A stretch of 63,779 nt of DNA, the filler included, from Octopus bimaculoides (Eukaryota), in assembly GCF_001194135.2 (NCBI RefSeq). It is 6 parts of 6 records of this genome, joined end to end, with 100 filler letters (N's around TTAATTAATTAA, not from the genome) between each part and the next. Parts side by side here need not be neighbours in the genome. Positions count along the whole stretch, not along the records: positions 32,943 to 41,572 come from NC_069005.1; positions 41,673 to 55,209 come from NC_068984.1; 4 more parts are not named here. One strand, given 5' to 3'. Under the pieces are notes generated by a model. It was not told the origin of the DNA. It made no database searches and was given only the letters and a program-made list of their open reading frames with translations. The position numbers were made by a program, and so were the translations under genes. This document shows, piece by piece, positions 39,722-52,960 of this stretch (within the stretch, counting starts at the first letter, position 1; each line of letters starts with the position of its first letter).

Positions 39722-40414
39722 TTTCACTCCTTGAGTGGTATTCTATTACACTTATCCACTCCGGAAGGATGAACGGCAAAGTGAACCCTAGACCTTTGGG
39801 GACTTGGAATACCTCAAAGGCCTTTCTATCCGAGACGCTCTAACACCTCTGCCAACTCTGCCAACGAACGTCTACAAGAGGTGATCGCGTCTTTCCGTGT
39901 GAAAGCGGTCAGCGGTTGTTACATCAGCCAAAGCCGAATTGCGTTTAGTAAAACATAAAGGCCAGCTCAACGGCATATTGGCCACTTGACCAATAAGTGC
40001 ATTTGTCCTTTGACCTTCTTACAAATCGCCGGACACTTGAGATAAAGAGCCGTAAGTAATTTCTCGAATGATTCACTTTCTATGTCCATGACGTCTTCTG
40101 TCTTTCACACCACTTTCAGTCTGTCTGGTTTGTTATCAGTCTGTCTGTCTGTCTGTCTGGTTACTTATCTGTCTGTCTGTCTGTCTCAGCATTTAGTCCT
40201 TAACTTATTTTAAAACTAACGCCCCACTTAAAACCACAACACTACCTGAAATCAACTTAAGCGCATTGAATGGAAAGAGCGAATTTGTTCACATTGTTGT
40301 TTCATGCTGTACTGATTCCCCCAACGTCACCGCTTTAATAACGACAACATCAACAGACAACAACAGCAACAACAGCAACAACAACACCTATGATTATTTC
40401 TCTGCAGGGATGAA

Positions 40415-41230
40415 ATGCAGTGTACATACATATATACATACATGCATACATACATACATGGAGACATGCATACATACATGCATACATACATACACACATA
40501 CACACATACATGCATACATACATGCATACATACATACACACATACATACATACATGCATACATACATACATACACACATAGATGCATACATACATGCATA
40601 CATACATACACACATACATACATACATACACATGCATATATGCAAGAATATATACATACATAGATGCATACATACATGCATGCATCTATACATACATGCA
40701 TACATACATACATATATGCATACATACATACATACATGTATACATGCATACGTACATATATACATACACGCACATACACGCACATANNNNNNNNNNGGAG
40801 ACATGCATACATACATGCATACATACATACACACATACACACATACATGCATACATACATGCATACATACATACACACATACATACATACATGCATACAT
40901 ACATACATACACACATAGATGCATACATACATGCATACATACATACACACATACATACATACATACACATGCATATATGCAAGAATATATACATACATAG
41001 ATGCATACATACATGCATGCATCTATACATACATGCATACATACATACATATATGCATACATACATACATACATGTATACATGCATACGTACATATATAC
41101 ATACACGCACATACACGCACATACATACATACATACATACATACATGCATACGCACATATATACATACATACATGCATACATATATGCATACATGCATAC
41201 ACACATGCACACAAATACATACACACATAC
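40415..41230. repeat. (CATA)-based compound microsatellite with a duplicated block
   Basis: 40460-40786 repeated from 40797 across a 10-N gap. Confidence 0.85.
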
Positions 41231-41465
41231 ATAATATCCTTTTTATCTCTTTTACATGTTTCAGTCATTAGACTGCGGCCATGCTGGGGTACCGTATTGA
41301 ATTTTTAGTCGAATGAATCGACCCCAGTATTTTTTTGAATGCCTGATACTTATTTTTTTAAAGCTTTTATTCTATCAGACTTCTTTTGCCGAACCATTAG
41401 GTTACGGCGACGTAAACACATCAAAACCGGTTGTCAAGCGGCGGTGGGGACAAACACAAACGCTA

Positions 41466-41509
<44 letters not shown>

Positions 41510-41518
41510 TGTGTGTGT

Positions 41519-41572
<54 letters not shown>

Positions 41573-41672
41573 NNNNNNNNNNNNNNNNNNNNNNNNNNNN
41601 NNNNNNNNNNNNNNNNTTAATTAATTAANNNNNNNNNNNNNNNNNNNNNNNNNNNNNNNNNNNNNNNNNNNN
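41573..41672. other. Artificial scaffold linker 3
   Basis: 44 N + TTAATTAATTAA + 44 N. Confidence 0.9.
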
Positions 41673-42323
41673 ATATATATATATATACATACACATATTT
41701 ACACTCGTATATACATATAAATATTTACACACATACACACACACACACATATATATTGGGAGATGCCAGTGTAGTAAAAGGCATATGGCTAACAGGAAAG
41801 GAAGCCTATGTTATATCAAAGAGAATTTTCTTTCCCACATTACATTTGTGTAAGCACATATATAAGTACACATACACACACTTACACACACAAACACAGA
41901 TGAATTGAGGGAGTGTTTACAGAAGATACTTATGAAAAATGATTTTAGTGGGCTTCCAGGTTCAATCCTACTACAAGGCATCTACTTTATGTCTGAGTTG
42001 ACCAAATTCATGTAAGTAAATCAAATAAATGGAGACTGCAGGTAGTGTGACTACTATGGTAGCGCATCTACTATGTGTGTGTGTGTGTGCATGTGCATGT
42101 GTGAGTGTATGTGTGCACGTGTGTGTGCATTGTAATGCATTGAAGTAGTTGTTTTTCACTTGAGCACTGTATGCAATATGCTCCTTATTATATTCCACCG
42201 AGGTCGACTTCACCTTTCATCCTTTTGGGGTTGGTAAAATCAGTACCAGTTGAGTACTGGGGTTGATGTAATTGACTTAATCCTTCCCCAAAAATTTCAG
42301 GCCTTGCGCCATTTGTAGAAAGG

Positions 42324-42379
<56 letters not shown>

Positions 42380-42389
42380 CATTATTATT

Positions 42390-42942
42390 GAGTGAGAGAG
42401 CAGCACATACCATCAAAGTGACACTGGGGTACAAATATAAGAAGCCTAATATACCCATCATGACTACCCATCCGATAAGGGTACACCAGGTACATGCATC
42501 ACAACCATATGTGCACGACATGGTGATTTCATACCAAAACAAACAATGCATGACTTTGCAGGTGGGGACCAATTAGAATTTTCTTCATGTCGAGGAGCCT
42601 ATCCCTCTCAAAAGGTCCCTGAATAAGGTTTGTTTTAAGGATGATGAACAAAACATCCATGTTTCCAGACGTGAATTATTCAAACTCCAAAGAATTCCTC
42701 TCAGCACATGGCTATGATGCTCCCCCACTACTTCTGCTCGTGATCAGAGATGCACATATAGTCGGCCACTAAGGGACATGCTCAACTGGTTAAGGTCAAA
42801 CAACTGACATGCAAATCTATGTTATTAAGCAGAATATTTGCTGTAGCCCATCTTTTATACCAAGACAAAACAATGTAGATGATAACACTTCCAATCAATT
42901 ATGATCAAAAGCCACATGAGCCACTGCCTGGTATTGCATCAG
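42390..42942. mobile_element. ~550-bp non-coding element flanked on both sides by (ATT)n
   Basis: Complex sequence with sharp boundaries between (att)n 42324-42389 and (tat)n 42943-42974; family B SINEs lie outside each run. Confidence 0.55.
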
Positions 42943-44018
42943 TATTATTATTATTATTACTATTATTATTATTAAGATGGTGAGCTGGCAGATTTGTTAG
43001 AATGCTTGACAAAATGCATAGTGTCATTTTGTCCATCTTTATGTTCTGAGTTCAAAGCCTGGGGTCAGCTTTGCCTTTCGTCATTTCAGGGTTGATAAAA
43101 TAAGTACCAGTTGTATACTGGAGTCGTACATCTCTGTTAGTTAGTTGTTCAGTGAAAAAGACCAATGAAATATGTAGCTGGCTTAAAAAAATATAAGTAA
43201 TGCGGTTGATTCATTCATGTAAAATTCTCCTGGATGGTAAAACAAGTATATAAATGACATATATATATATGTGTGTGTGTGAATGAGTATGTACATATGT
43301 ATGTATGAATGTATGTATGTATCTTTCTGTCTACCTATCTATCCATATATCTATCTATCTAACTATTTGTTTATTTATCTATCTATCATACTGCTCTATA
43401 ATCAGCTAACATTTTGTTCTGAACCATACGTATATTGAGTTCTTTACCAGGTTATTGGTCTCACAATGCTAAAGCAAATTACACACACACACATTCATTA
43501 TGTGTGTGTTGCATATATATATGCAACACACATACACACACATACTTCACATACATACTCACACAACCTAGCATGCATGTACAAACTGATGTCTTCATAT
43601 TCATATATGCATATAGATTCATACACACACACACACACACACATTTCTGTATGCGTACACTATTATATGACCCATAGATATATGTACAAAAATTATAAAT
43701 ATATAAATAGATCGTATGCAAAATGCTTAAATTATGAATATATGTCAAATGGATAAATATATGAATATAAAACCACTTAAAAGCTTAATCACTATATAAA
43801 GAAATGAAAATAGGTTATAAATAATGGAAAAAAATTAAAAGAATCATTATACATGCATTCATACATAAATGTTAAAAAGCAGAAGATTTCCATAAATGTT
43901 GTATAATATTTGTATAGCAAATAATGAGTAAAGCATGGAATCATAAGAATATAAAAACATAAAGACACACACACTCATATGCATGCACACACATGCACAC
44001 ATACATGCATATATATAT

Positions 44019-44060
<42 letters not shown>

Positions 44061-45314
44061 AAATATGTGAGTACTCACTGCATATATACATGTGTGTGTA
44101 TATGTAAACTCCATGTACACAATAGGTGCAGGCATGGATTTGTAGTAAGAAGTTTCTTTTTCAGCCACATGGTTCCAGGTTCTGTCCCACTGTGTGACAT
44201 TGCACCTTGGACAAGTTTTATCTACTATAGCACTGGGCCAACCAAAGCCTTGTGAATGGATTTGAGAGACAGAAACTAGAAGAAACCAACTGACGGTTGA
44301 GATTTAGCCAAACCATTAAGTGATGGAGTAGTCACTATTGATGAGCTTTAATTCTAAGCAAAAGTAGACCAGTATGGTGATCTCGCTCATGGTGGAGTAG
44401 TTAGCTCCCTTGTCAGTGCATAGATATGTGCTTCCTGCAGCTATGAGGGCTTTTTGGCTTTTATTTCTAGCAATGTAGGGCTACCCTGTACCATCAGCCA
44501 CAATTAGTGACAATTGAATTTTTCTTTTTTTTTATACATTGCATATAACTGTCTTCATTATCAAATATATACACACACATACAAAGTACGGGGGGGGGGG
44601 GTTCAGTTCACAGGGGATCTAAATGACTAGGTACGCTAAGTAAGTGCTGTAATGGATTACCAGGGTTCCAAGGGTATAGATGAGATGATAATTATGGAGT
44701 CATTGTAGATTTCCGATATAGCAGATATATAATTGTTAAAGAGAACAACAAACGTTAATGCAAATGGCTGTGAACTTAAACTCCAATTTGTTCGTCCAGT
44801 GCCATCACTTTGACATTGAGAGTGGTTATAAAAATAATCCTTATTGAGCTGTTATGGAAGAAGCAAGGGAGATAAACACAGTTGGACTTGGGACATATTC
44901 ACATGGAGCACAAGATACAGATTATAAAGCAAATGAAAAGGACAAACACATAATTTTAATTACTTATTTTAAAATCTGTATTGTGTTCATCATGGAAATA
45001 TTTGTTCCAAGTCTAATTGTATTTATCTACATTACTACCTTCCCAAATACATTTATTTATATATTCACCTGTAATTAGCATATAGACACCCATATACATT
45101 TAAAAATCACACATACATGCACATATATGAACACATTCGCACACATACATGTTTAGGTGTACCATAGCTGTGTGATTAAGAAGTTTGCAAGCACATCGTT
45201 TTGGATTTAAGTGTGGTACTATTAGCAAATGTCTACTAATATAGTCACCGGTTGCAGCAATGCTTTGCGAGAAAAGTTGGTAGTTATAAAGTAAACAGAA
45301 GCTGTCACATGTGT

Positions 45315-45346
<32 letters not shown>

Positions 45347-45696
45347 TTGTGTGTGCATGTGTGTGTAAGTGCAATTATGTGCATGAGCTAGTGTGTGTGT
45401 GTGTGTGTTTACTTCCACATGACTTGGCAGTGACACTGCTTCGGCTGAGGTAATGTTTGTTTATGTCCCCCATAAACAAACTGAACCACACAGAGATTTG
45501 ATGCGCAAACGTTAGTGGTGGTAGTGGTGGTGGTGATAATGCTGGTGGTGCCGGTGGTGGTGCTTAGTGGTGGGAATAGTAACAGTGCTGTTGATGGTAG
45601 TGGTGTGCTATTGGTGTATTTCTTAAATTTTTCAACTCTAGATCATCCTAGATCCATCAGATCAATGATCTGTCTGTTTGTCCTGGCTACATACAT

Positions 45697-45733
<37 letters not shown>

Positions 45734-45757
45734 TACATACATACATACATGCCTATG

Positions 45758-46350
45758 TGGCATGATGTTGTTGCAAAAACAATTTACAATGCCATCTGAA
45801 AAAAGACTGTCCTGAAATAAACTTAGAAAATCCCTCTGCTATGGAATACATTCATAAACACCAACTCAAGGAATACTGGTGGAACATTCCCATCAAAACT
45901 TTGGTTAATTGTAAACATAACAGGCCAGATATTGTTGTTTGGGACCGAGGCGCAAAGCTATGTACCATCATAGAGGTCAGCTGCCCTGCAAATATAAATT
46001 TCTCTTTCAAAATCAAAGGAAAAGAGGATATCTATGGACAACTGCTTCGAAACCTCCAACTTCTATATCCAAACTATGAATTCATGTTCATACCAATAAT
46101 AATTGGAGCACTAGGTTTTGTTAGTAAATGCTTAAAGGAAAATCTGGATAAACTGAGATTTTCAGAAAGAGAAATCGACCAGCTAATCCGTACATTACAT
46201 GTGTAATCTGTGAGTGGAACAGTAAAAATATGCAAGACATTTGTCAAGTTTCAAATGTGAATTTGTCTGTGTTAACTACATCCCAAAGATGGAGCCTTGT
46301 ATCTTTGTTAGAAACCAGCTCCCTCCTTAATGGAAGATTTATAATAATTA
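45758..46350 (+). mobile_element. 3' fragment of an RLE-endonuclease non-LTR retrotransposon (R2/R4/NeSL superfamily)
   Basis: WHDVVAKTIYNAI*...KHNRPDIVVWDRGAKLCTIIEVSCP...IPIIIGALG (RHD and PD-(D/E)xK-type motifs); stops at 45797 and 46204 and a frameshift. Confidence 0.85.
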
Positions 46351-46370
46351 AAAAATAGAAGAGACATACA

Positions 46371-46404
<34 letters not shown>

Positions 46405-46504
46405 CACATATATTTATATCCAATTATATAACCCTACACTCATCAAAGGTAGCCGATATTTCATTCCATATCAGCTACCTCTGTTGAGGGTATATAAATT
46501 TATG

Positions 46505-46740
46505 TCCTCATCTTGTCATTCACAGTTCACTTTTCTATGTGTCTGCACGGGTCTGATAAACTTGGTTGAAGCACATTTTCTACAGCCAGAAGTCCTTCCT
46601 TCCTGTTGCCAACCCTCACCTGTTTCCAAGTGAGGTAACATTTTCCCACTGCTAGACATATTTTGCATGGAAGACTCACAATGAACAGCTTCACTTGTAT
46701 GATGGTGATACTCATTTGCAACCATTACATGATGTACAGA
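46505..46740 (-). mobile_element. Diverged SINE tail of the RTE-tailed type
   Basis: ttttctacagcc...cttcctgttgccaaccctcacctgtttccaagtgaggtaacattttccc resembles 50945-51150. Confidence 0.6.
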
Positions 46741-46896
46741 CAAAGGTACACGTGAACAAATACACACACTCAAACACTCACAAGCATATATATTTATGTG
46801 TATCTATGCATGCGTATCTTGGTCATGCCTCCACACACCCATGCCTGGGACATCTTTTGGTCAATGTTCACCGTACATCTGTATCTGCATATGTAA

Positions 46897-47190
46897 GCAT
46901 GGCTTAGTGGTTAAGATGTTAGACTGACAATCGTAAGATTGTGGTTTCGATTCCTGGACCAGGCTGTGTGTTATGTCCTTGAGCAAAACACTTCATTTCA
47001 TATTGCTCCAGTTCACTCAGCTGTAGAAATGAGTACCACTAGCGGAGGTGCATCACTTAATGGTTAGGGTGTTAGACTCACAGTTGTAAGATTGTGGTTT
47101 TGATCACTGGACCAGGCAATCCATTGTGTTCTTGAGCAAAACACCTCATTTTACATTGCTCCAGTCCACTAAGCTGTCGAAATGAGTTTA
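46897..47190 (+). mobile_element. Two tandem SINE family C 5' parts
   Basis: gcatggcttagtggttaagatgttagac...gtggtttcgattcctggaccagg...ttgagcaaaacacttcatttca, occurring twice. Confidence 0.8.
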
Positions 47191-47774
47191 ACCTGGAGAG
47201 GGATGGGCTCTGCCAAGCTTTCTCGCCCTATACACACTGCAGTGCCCAAACGACCCCCAAGGGTTAAGGGACTTGTCAAAAGCAGTTGCATGGGCAGGGA
47301 AAGATTTTTTTAAGGAAGATTAGCAGATGCCCATGTATAAATGTCTCCTGTCTTGCCATTGATGTTTATCCAAGCAAAGAATTGCCAACTTGGACAAATA
47401 CAGCTTAGCATCAGTATTATCCCAGACATTGCTATCAGGATTCAAAGAGCTGGAACAGAGAGCAAAAACATACATGGCATCAGGCCTGATGCTCCGACAG
47501 TTTAGCCCCTCTATGACCCTTGTTTATGTCTGTCACTAAGGGGGTGCACTGGACAGCACTACCCCTTCACTATTCAATGATGCACTCCCAGATTTAGAAG
47601 ATGTAGTTTACAAAAATTAGTACCCACCCAGAATATTCTAAAGTACCCTTGGGTATCAAAGTCTGGCTATGGGCCTTGTTTGTTATTTACTACTGATCCT
47701 CAGATGAAATGTGAAGCTGACTACATTGGGATCTGAACTCATGGTGCAGAGACCCAGATCAAAAACTATTCATT

Positions 47775-48037
47775 TCTTTTATTATTTTACTTGTGTCAGT
47801 CATTTGACTACAGCCATGCTGGAGCACCACCTTGAAGGGTTTCGGTTGAAGAAAGCAACCTCAGGACTTATTCTTTGTAAGCTTAGTACTTATTCTATCA
47901 GTCTCTTTTGCTGAACTGCCAAGTTATGGGGACATAAATACACCAGCATAAGTTGTTAAGTGATGGTGGGAAGACAAACAGATACATACACACAAATAAA
48001 TACACACACACACACACACACACACATACATACATAC

Positions 48038-48070
<33 letters not shown>

Positions 48071-48268
48071 TACACACACACACAGCACACACACACATAT
48101 ATACAATGGGCATCTTTCAGTTTCCTTCTACTAAATTCACACACAATACTTTGGTTGATCTGAGGCTATAGTAGAAGACACTTGCTCGAGGTGCCACACA
48201 GTGGGACTGAACCCAGAACAATGTAATTAGGAAGCAAGCTTCTTACCACACAGCCACGCTTGCACCTA
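47775..48268 (-). mobile_element. Full-length SINE family A, CpG-decayed
   Basis: Same architecture as 3193-3612; ccacacagtggg replaces ccacgcagtggg. Confidence 0.85.
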
Positions 48269-49817
48269 TGAGGCATTCCGTCTAGCATCTTTGTCTCATG
48301 AAAATGGATTCATTTTGGAGTACCCTCCAACCACATTGTTTTGGGTTTAGTCTCACAGCATTGCACCCTGAGCAAGTCTATTCTATTACATCCATTTATA
48401 TTACTACCTTTCAGATGTTAACTTATGCTATTAGCAAAATAATCTCAAAGAAGTGTTATCATCAGATTACTCAAACATTTGAAGTTGAAAATGCCCCAAA
48501 ATATATGTACTTGTTGGTTAGTCACCAGGTCACATTGGAATGAGCTGGCCTATAATCAAAGGCGTTCCAGTCATAACTATTCCATCTTAGTTTCAGACAC
48601 TGTGTAGTTTTGTATCCAATGTGTCTTCCCCTTTCTAATGATGGTAATAAGATCTTTTCTGTTTGGCTACCACTTTTCAGTTTCTTCAATTTTGCTTCAA
48701 ATGATTTCAAACTTAGTGTATTGATGCAGTTTTGTATGCTGATTATTAACATGAAATTTCTTTTAGGCATAAATCAATAAATAAATAAACAGCTAATAGC
48801 TTTTGATATGTGAATGTGTAGTTGAGTGCTTCACTTATTACCTTTCTTTTTCCCAGGTATATGTATCTGTGTGTGTGTGTGTGTGTAAGTTGATAAATAT
48901 TTCATTTGTTTACAGTTTGTTTTTCTACGTGTTGTTTTCACTTTTCTTTCACAATTAATGCATACTGAATCTTTAAAACTACAAAATATGTGTTGTTTAC
49001 TTGTTTTTTGTTTTTTTTATTATAATTATTCACTTATTAATTGCTTAAAACATGTGTTATCATTGCAATATCGACATTATTGTTTTGTCGTCTTCCAATT
49101 GCAGTCACGCACAAAATGACAACTTCCAAATCCTGTTTTCTGACTAGGTAAAAATTATCAGACTTTAAATCTCTGTAACTTGTTTAAAAATATTTTCTGG
49201 AATTAGTGAATTAGACCCTGAGATTCAGCATGAACAATTACATCAATAGACCAAATTTGAAAATTTTTACTTTTTACTTTTAAAATTTCAAAAAGTACAG
49301 CCAAACAGAAAAGATCCTGATAAAGTATGATTCAAGGGAGATTTGGCTGCTATTTCTAGCAGTCCAAGTCATTGCATAAAGGTTCTTTCACTGGTGGGCT
49401 CTGCTGTAATAAAAGTTGATAGTTCTGGTACAAACAGAATATTGTAATATCTTTCCTTGATGTTACTCTTAATAAACATTTGCTGTCTTGCCAAAGGTGA
49501 TTTTCATGATTTTTCAGCCAGACAATGCTTCTGTCTGATTCTTTTCATCTGAAGAAAATGAAAGAGTTGTTAGAATCTCAAAAACTAAGTCAATTACACT
49601 GTCCAGTAAGTTTACTGGAGCACAATAGAAAATTATTTGTCAATTCTGTATAAGTGAAATCCACAATACAATTCTGTAAGCAATCTCAGACACAACAGAG
49701 GGGGCTTTAGGCTCAATATTTGGCAATATCCTGAAAAAAACTCAGAATGAAAGCAAAAATAACAGAAATGATATTATTTTACAAAACAAATCATTTGTTT
49801 ATTGATACAAACACACA

Positions 49818-49907
<90 letters not shown>

Positions 49908-49910
<3 letters not shown>

Positions 49911-50302
49911 TCTTTTACTCTTTTACTTGTTTCAGTCTTTTGACTGTGGTCATGCTGGAGCACCGCCTTTAGTCAAGCAAATCGACCCCAGGACTTATTC
50001 TTTGGAAGCCTAGTACTTATTCTATCGGTCTCCCTTGCCGAACTGCCAAGTTACGGGGACATGAACACACCAGCGATGTTGGGGGGACAAACACAGACAT
50101 ACAAACACATACACACATACATATATATATACATATATACGACAGGCTTCTTTCAGTTTCCGTCTACCAAATCCACTCACAAGGCTTTGGTCGGCCTGAG
50201 GCTATAGTAGAAGACACTTGCCCAAGATGCCATGCAGTGGGACTGAACCCGGGACCATGTGGTTGGTAAGCAAGCTACTTACCACACAGCCACTCCTATG
50301 CC
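49908..50302 (-). mobile_element. Full-length SINE family A, partly CpG-decayed
   Basis: ccatgcagtggg, gacaggcttc and ggcctgaggc replace CpG-containing versions. Confidence 0.9.
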
Positions 50303-50342
50303 TATATAACAGTATTAATATATATACTTATATACTTATATA

Positions 50343-50374
<32 letters not shown>

Positions 50375-50377
<3 letters not shown>

Positions 50378-50920
50378 TCATCATCATCATCATCATCGTT
50401 TAACGTCCGCTTTCCATGCTAGCATGGGTTGGACGATTTGACTGAGGACTGGTGAAACCGGATGGCAACACCAGGCTCCAATCTAAATTTGGCAGAGTTT
50501 CTAGTGCTGGATGCCCTTCCTAACGCCAACCACTCAGAGAGTGTANNNNNNNNNNNNNNNNNNNNNNNNNNNNNNNNNNNNNNNNNNNNNNNNNNNNNNN
50601 NNNNNNNNNNNNNNNNNNNNNNNNNNNNNNNNNNNNNNNNNNNNNNNNNNNNNNNNNNNNNAATCCTACGGAGGCCAGTCAGGCGGTACTGCCAACGGCC
50701 ACGCTCAAAATGGTGCATCTTATGTGCCACCCGCACATGAGCCAGTCCAGGGGCACTGGCAACGATCTTACTTGGCTTGCCGGGTCTTCTCATGCACAGC
50801 ACATTTCCAAAGGTCTCGGTCAGTAGTCATCGCCTCGGTGAGGCCCAATGTACGAAGGTCTTGCCTCACCACCTCAGCCCAGGTCTTCCTGGGCCTACCT
50901 CTTCCACGGGTTCCCTCAAC
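50375..50920 (-). mobile_element. RTE-clade LINE 3' end with (ATG)n tail
   Basis: VEGTRGRGRPRKTWAEVVRQDLRTLGLTEAMTTDRDLWKCAVHEKTRQAK* (stop 50768-50770); 3' UTR ends gcatggaaagcggacgttaaacgatgatg. Confidence 0.85.
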
Positions 50921-50941
50921 TGTCTTGCACACCACAAATAA

Positions 50942-51350
50942 TAATCGTCATCATTTAATGTCTACTTTTCCATGCTTGCATGGATCAGATGGAATTTACT
51001 GAGGCAGATTTTCTACAGCTGGATGCCCTTCCTGTTGCCACCAGTCACCCATTTCCAAGCAAGGTAATATTTCCCTGAGCTAGACATGTTTTTCAACAAA
51101 GACTGGAAACAAACCACCCAGCTCATATGACAATGATGCTAGAACCATCACATGATATCTAGACAAGGGCGCGTGAGCACATACATACTCATACAGACAA
51201 CAGGCTTCTTTCAATTTCCATCTACTAAATCCATTCACAAGGTCTTGGTCAACCCAAGGATACAGTAGAAGACATTTGCCCAAAGTGCTGTGCAGTGGGT
51301 ATGAACTCAAGGCCATAAGTTTGGAAAATAAGTTTCTTAACCACACAAGT
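50942..51350 (-). mobile_element. SINE with family A-like head and RTE-like 3' tail
   Basis: Head and core tttgggcaaatgtcttctactg...; tail ggaagggcatccagctgtagaaa...ccatgcaagcatggaaaagtagacattaaatgatgacg. Confidence 0.75.
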
Positions 51351-51359
51351 AAAATAATT

Positions 51360-51398
<39 letters not shown>

Positions 51399-52769
51399 AG
51401 ACAGACACACACACACAAAGTAAATCTATCAGTAAACAAAAAAGAAAATGGAGAAATGTAATCTGAGCATCCAATAAAGGTTGAATTTACCCATTATTTT
51501 TTAGGAACCACAAGGATTTGTAATGAAGTTCTTAAAGCTAACTTTCTGTACTGTTAACTAGATAAGATATCAATTTTGTCTGGAAAATAACATCAGTCTA
51601 NNNNNNNNNNNNNNNNNNNNNNNNNNNNNNNNNNNNNNNNNNNNNNNNNNNNNNNNNNNNNNNNNNNNNNNNNNNNNNNNNNNNNNNNNNNNNNNNNNNN
51701 NNNNNNNNNNNNNNNNNNNNNNNNNNNNNNNNNNNNNNNNNNNNNNNNNNNNNNNNNNNNNNNNNNNNNNNNNNNNNNNNNNNNNNNNNNNNNNNNNNNN
51801 NNNNNNNNNNNNNNNNNNNNNNNNNNNNNNNNNNNNNNNNNNNNNNNNNNNNNNNNNNNNNNNNNNNNNNNCAGAAAAAAAAAAAAACCTGAAACAAATG
51901 CCACCACTACCACCATCACTATTTGACTATTTAGAAATAATGTGCAGCTAAAGTGCTTAACAAACAAGTTTCATTAGATTATAATGACAATTGCAATCAC
52001 AATAATAACAGCATAAATGACAGCTCATACCTAATGGCCATAAAGTCAGGCTGACTTTACCTACAGCACTATAGACATCCATTGCAAACGTCAAACAAAA
52101 CAAGCTGACACAATATTCCTGTGATTGTCACATCCTAAACTAAACTAATAAACAAAAAAACAAAAAAAACATTGTTTTCATAAACTGAGTTGAAAAAAGA
52201 GACTGACTTGAGTTTGTTGACATGTTGTTATTTGTAAATGTGGCATAGTGGCAGGGGTTTATAAATTGGGGGTAGCCTTTATATATAAAGGGTCAAGAGT
52301 TCATTGGATCCTTCTAGTCAATGGTTAAGAGTTCACTGAACTTTTCCAACTCCTGTCAGTAGAAGGCTGTAAGATTATAGAGATGAAGAATGAAGACTGT
52401 TTAGCATTCAGGCCTTTCTTGGGCCATTATTGGTGAAAATGAAGTAAATTGGTTTAAACCAGGAGCTGAAACTATGCTTGAGAACTTACTACTTACTTGT
52501 CAATGCTTATCTGACTTCATATAACTATCCTTTTTAAAAAACAATACGATATCAATACATGTGCACACACACACACACACACACACAGAATAGACAGGGA
52601 AGAAATTCCCAATCAATAATATAATAAGGATCCTATTTATCAGCTTGGAATTTCAAATTGAGAAAACTTGAGTGCTTTCATAAATTAACAAGTCAACAAG
52701 CATTTTAAGGTCATTTTCCTTGTTAAAAGCTGGTTTTACTCTTGCAGAGCATCGTTAATAGCTTTCGCT

Positions 52770-52960
52770 GTCTTGTCTTATCTTCTGCTTCCTCCTCTAT
52801 TATTTCAGCCATGTTTTTATCAATCTTCTTCTTTTACTTTCTTCCGCATTCATTTCTATCACTCTTCTCATCCAGTCACTTTCTTCCTTCTTCAGCACGT
52901 GACCCAACCATCTCATCCCATTTCTCTTTCACAACATCCATCACTAGCTTTATTCCCATC
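52770..52960 (-). mobile_element. Decayed RTE-clade LINE C-terminal fragment
   Basis: GMRWLGHVLKKEESDWMRRVIEMNAEESKRRRLIKTW (cf. RWFGHV.R...GRPKKTW). Confidence 0.65.

Noticed and set aside
3374-50403. Recurring peptide RRASFSFRLPNPLTR...MPRSGTEPGTMWLVSKLLTTQP in several ORFs
   Set aside because: Antisense translation of family A SINE copies, not a gene family
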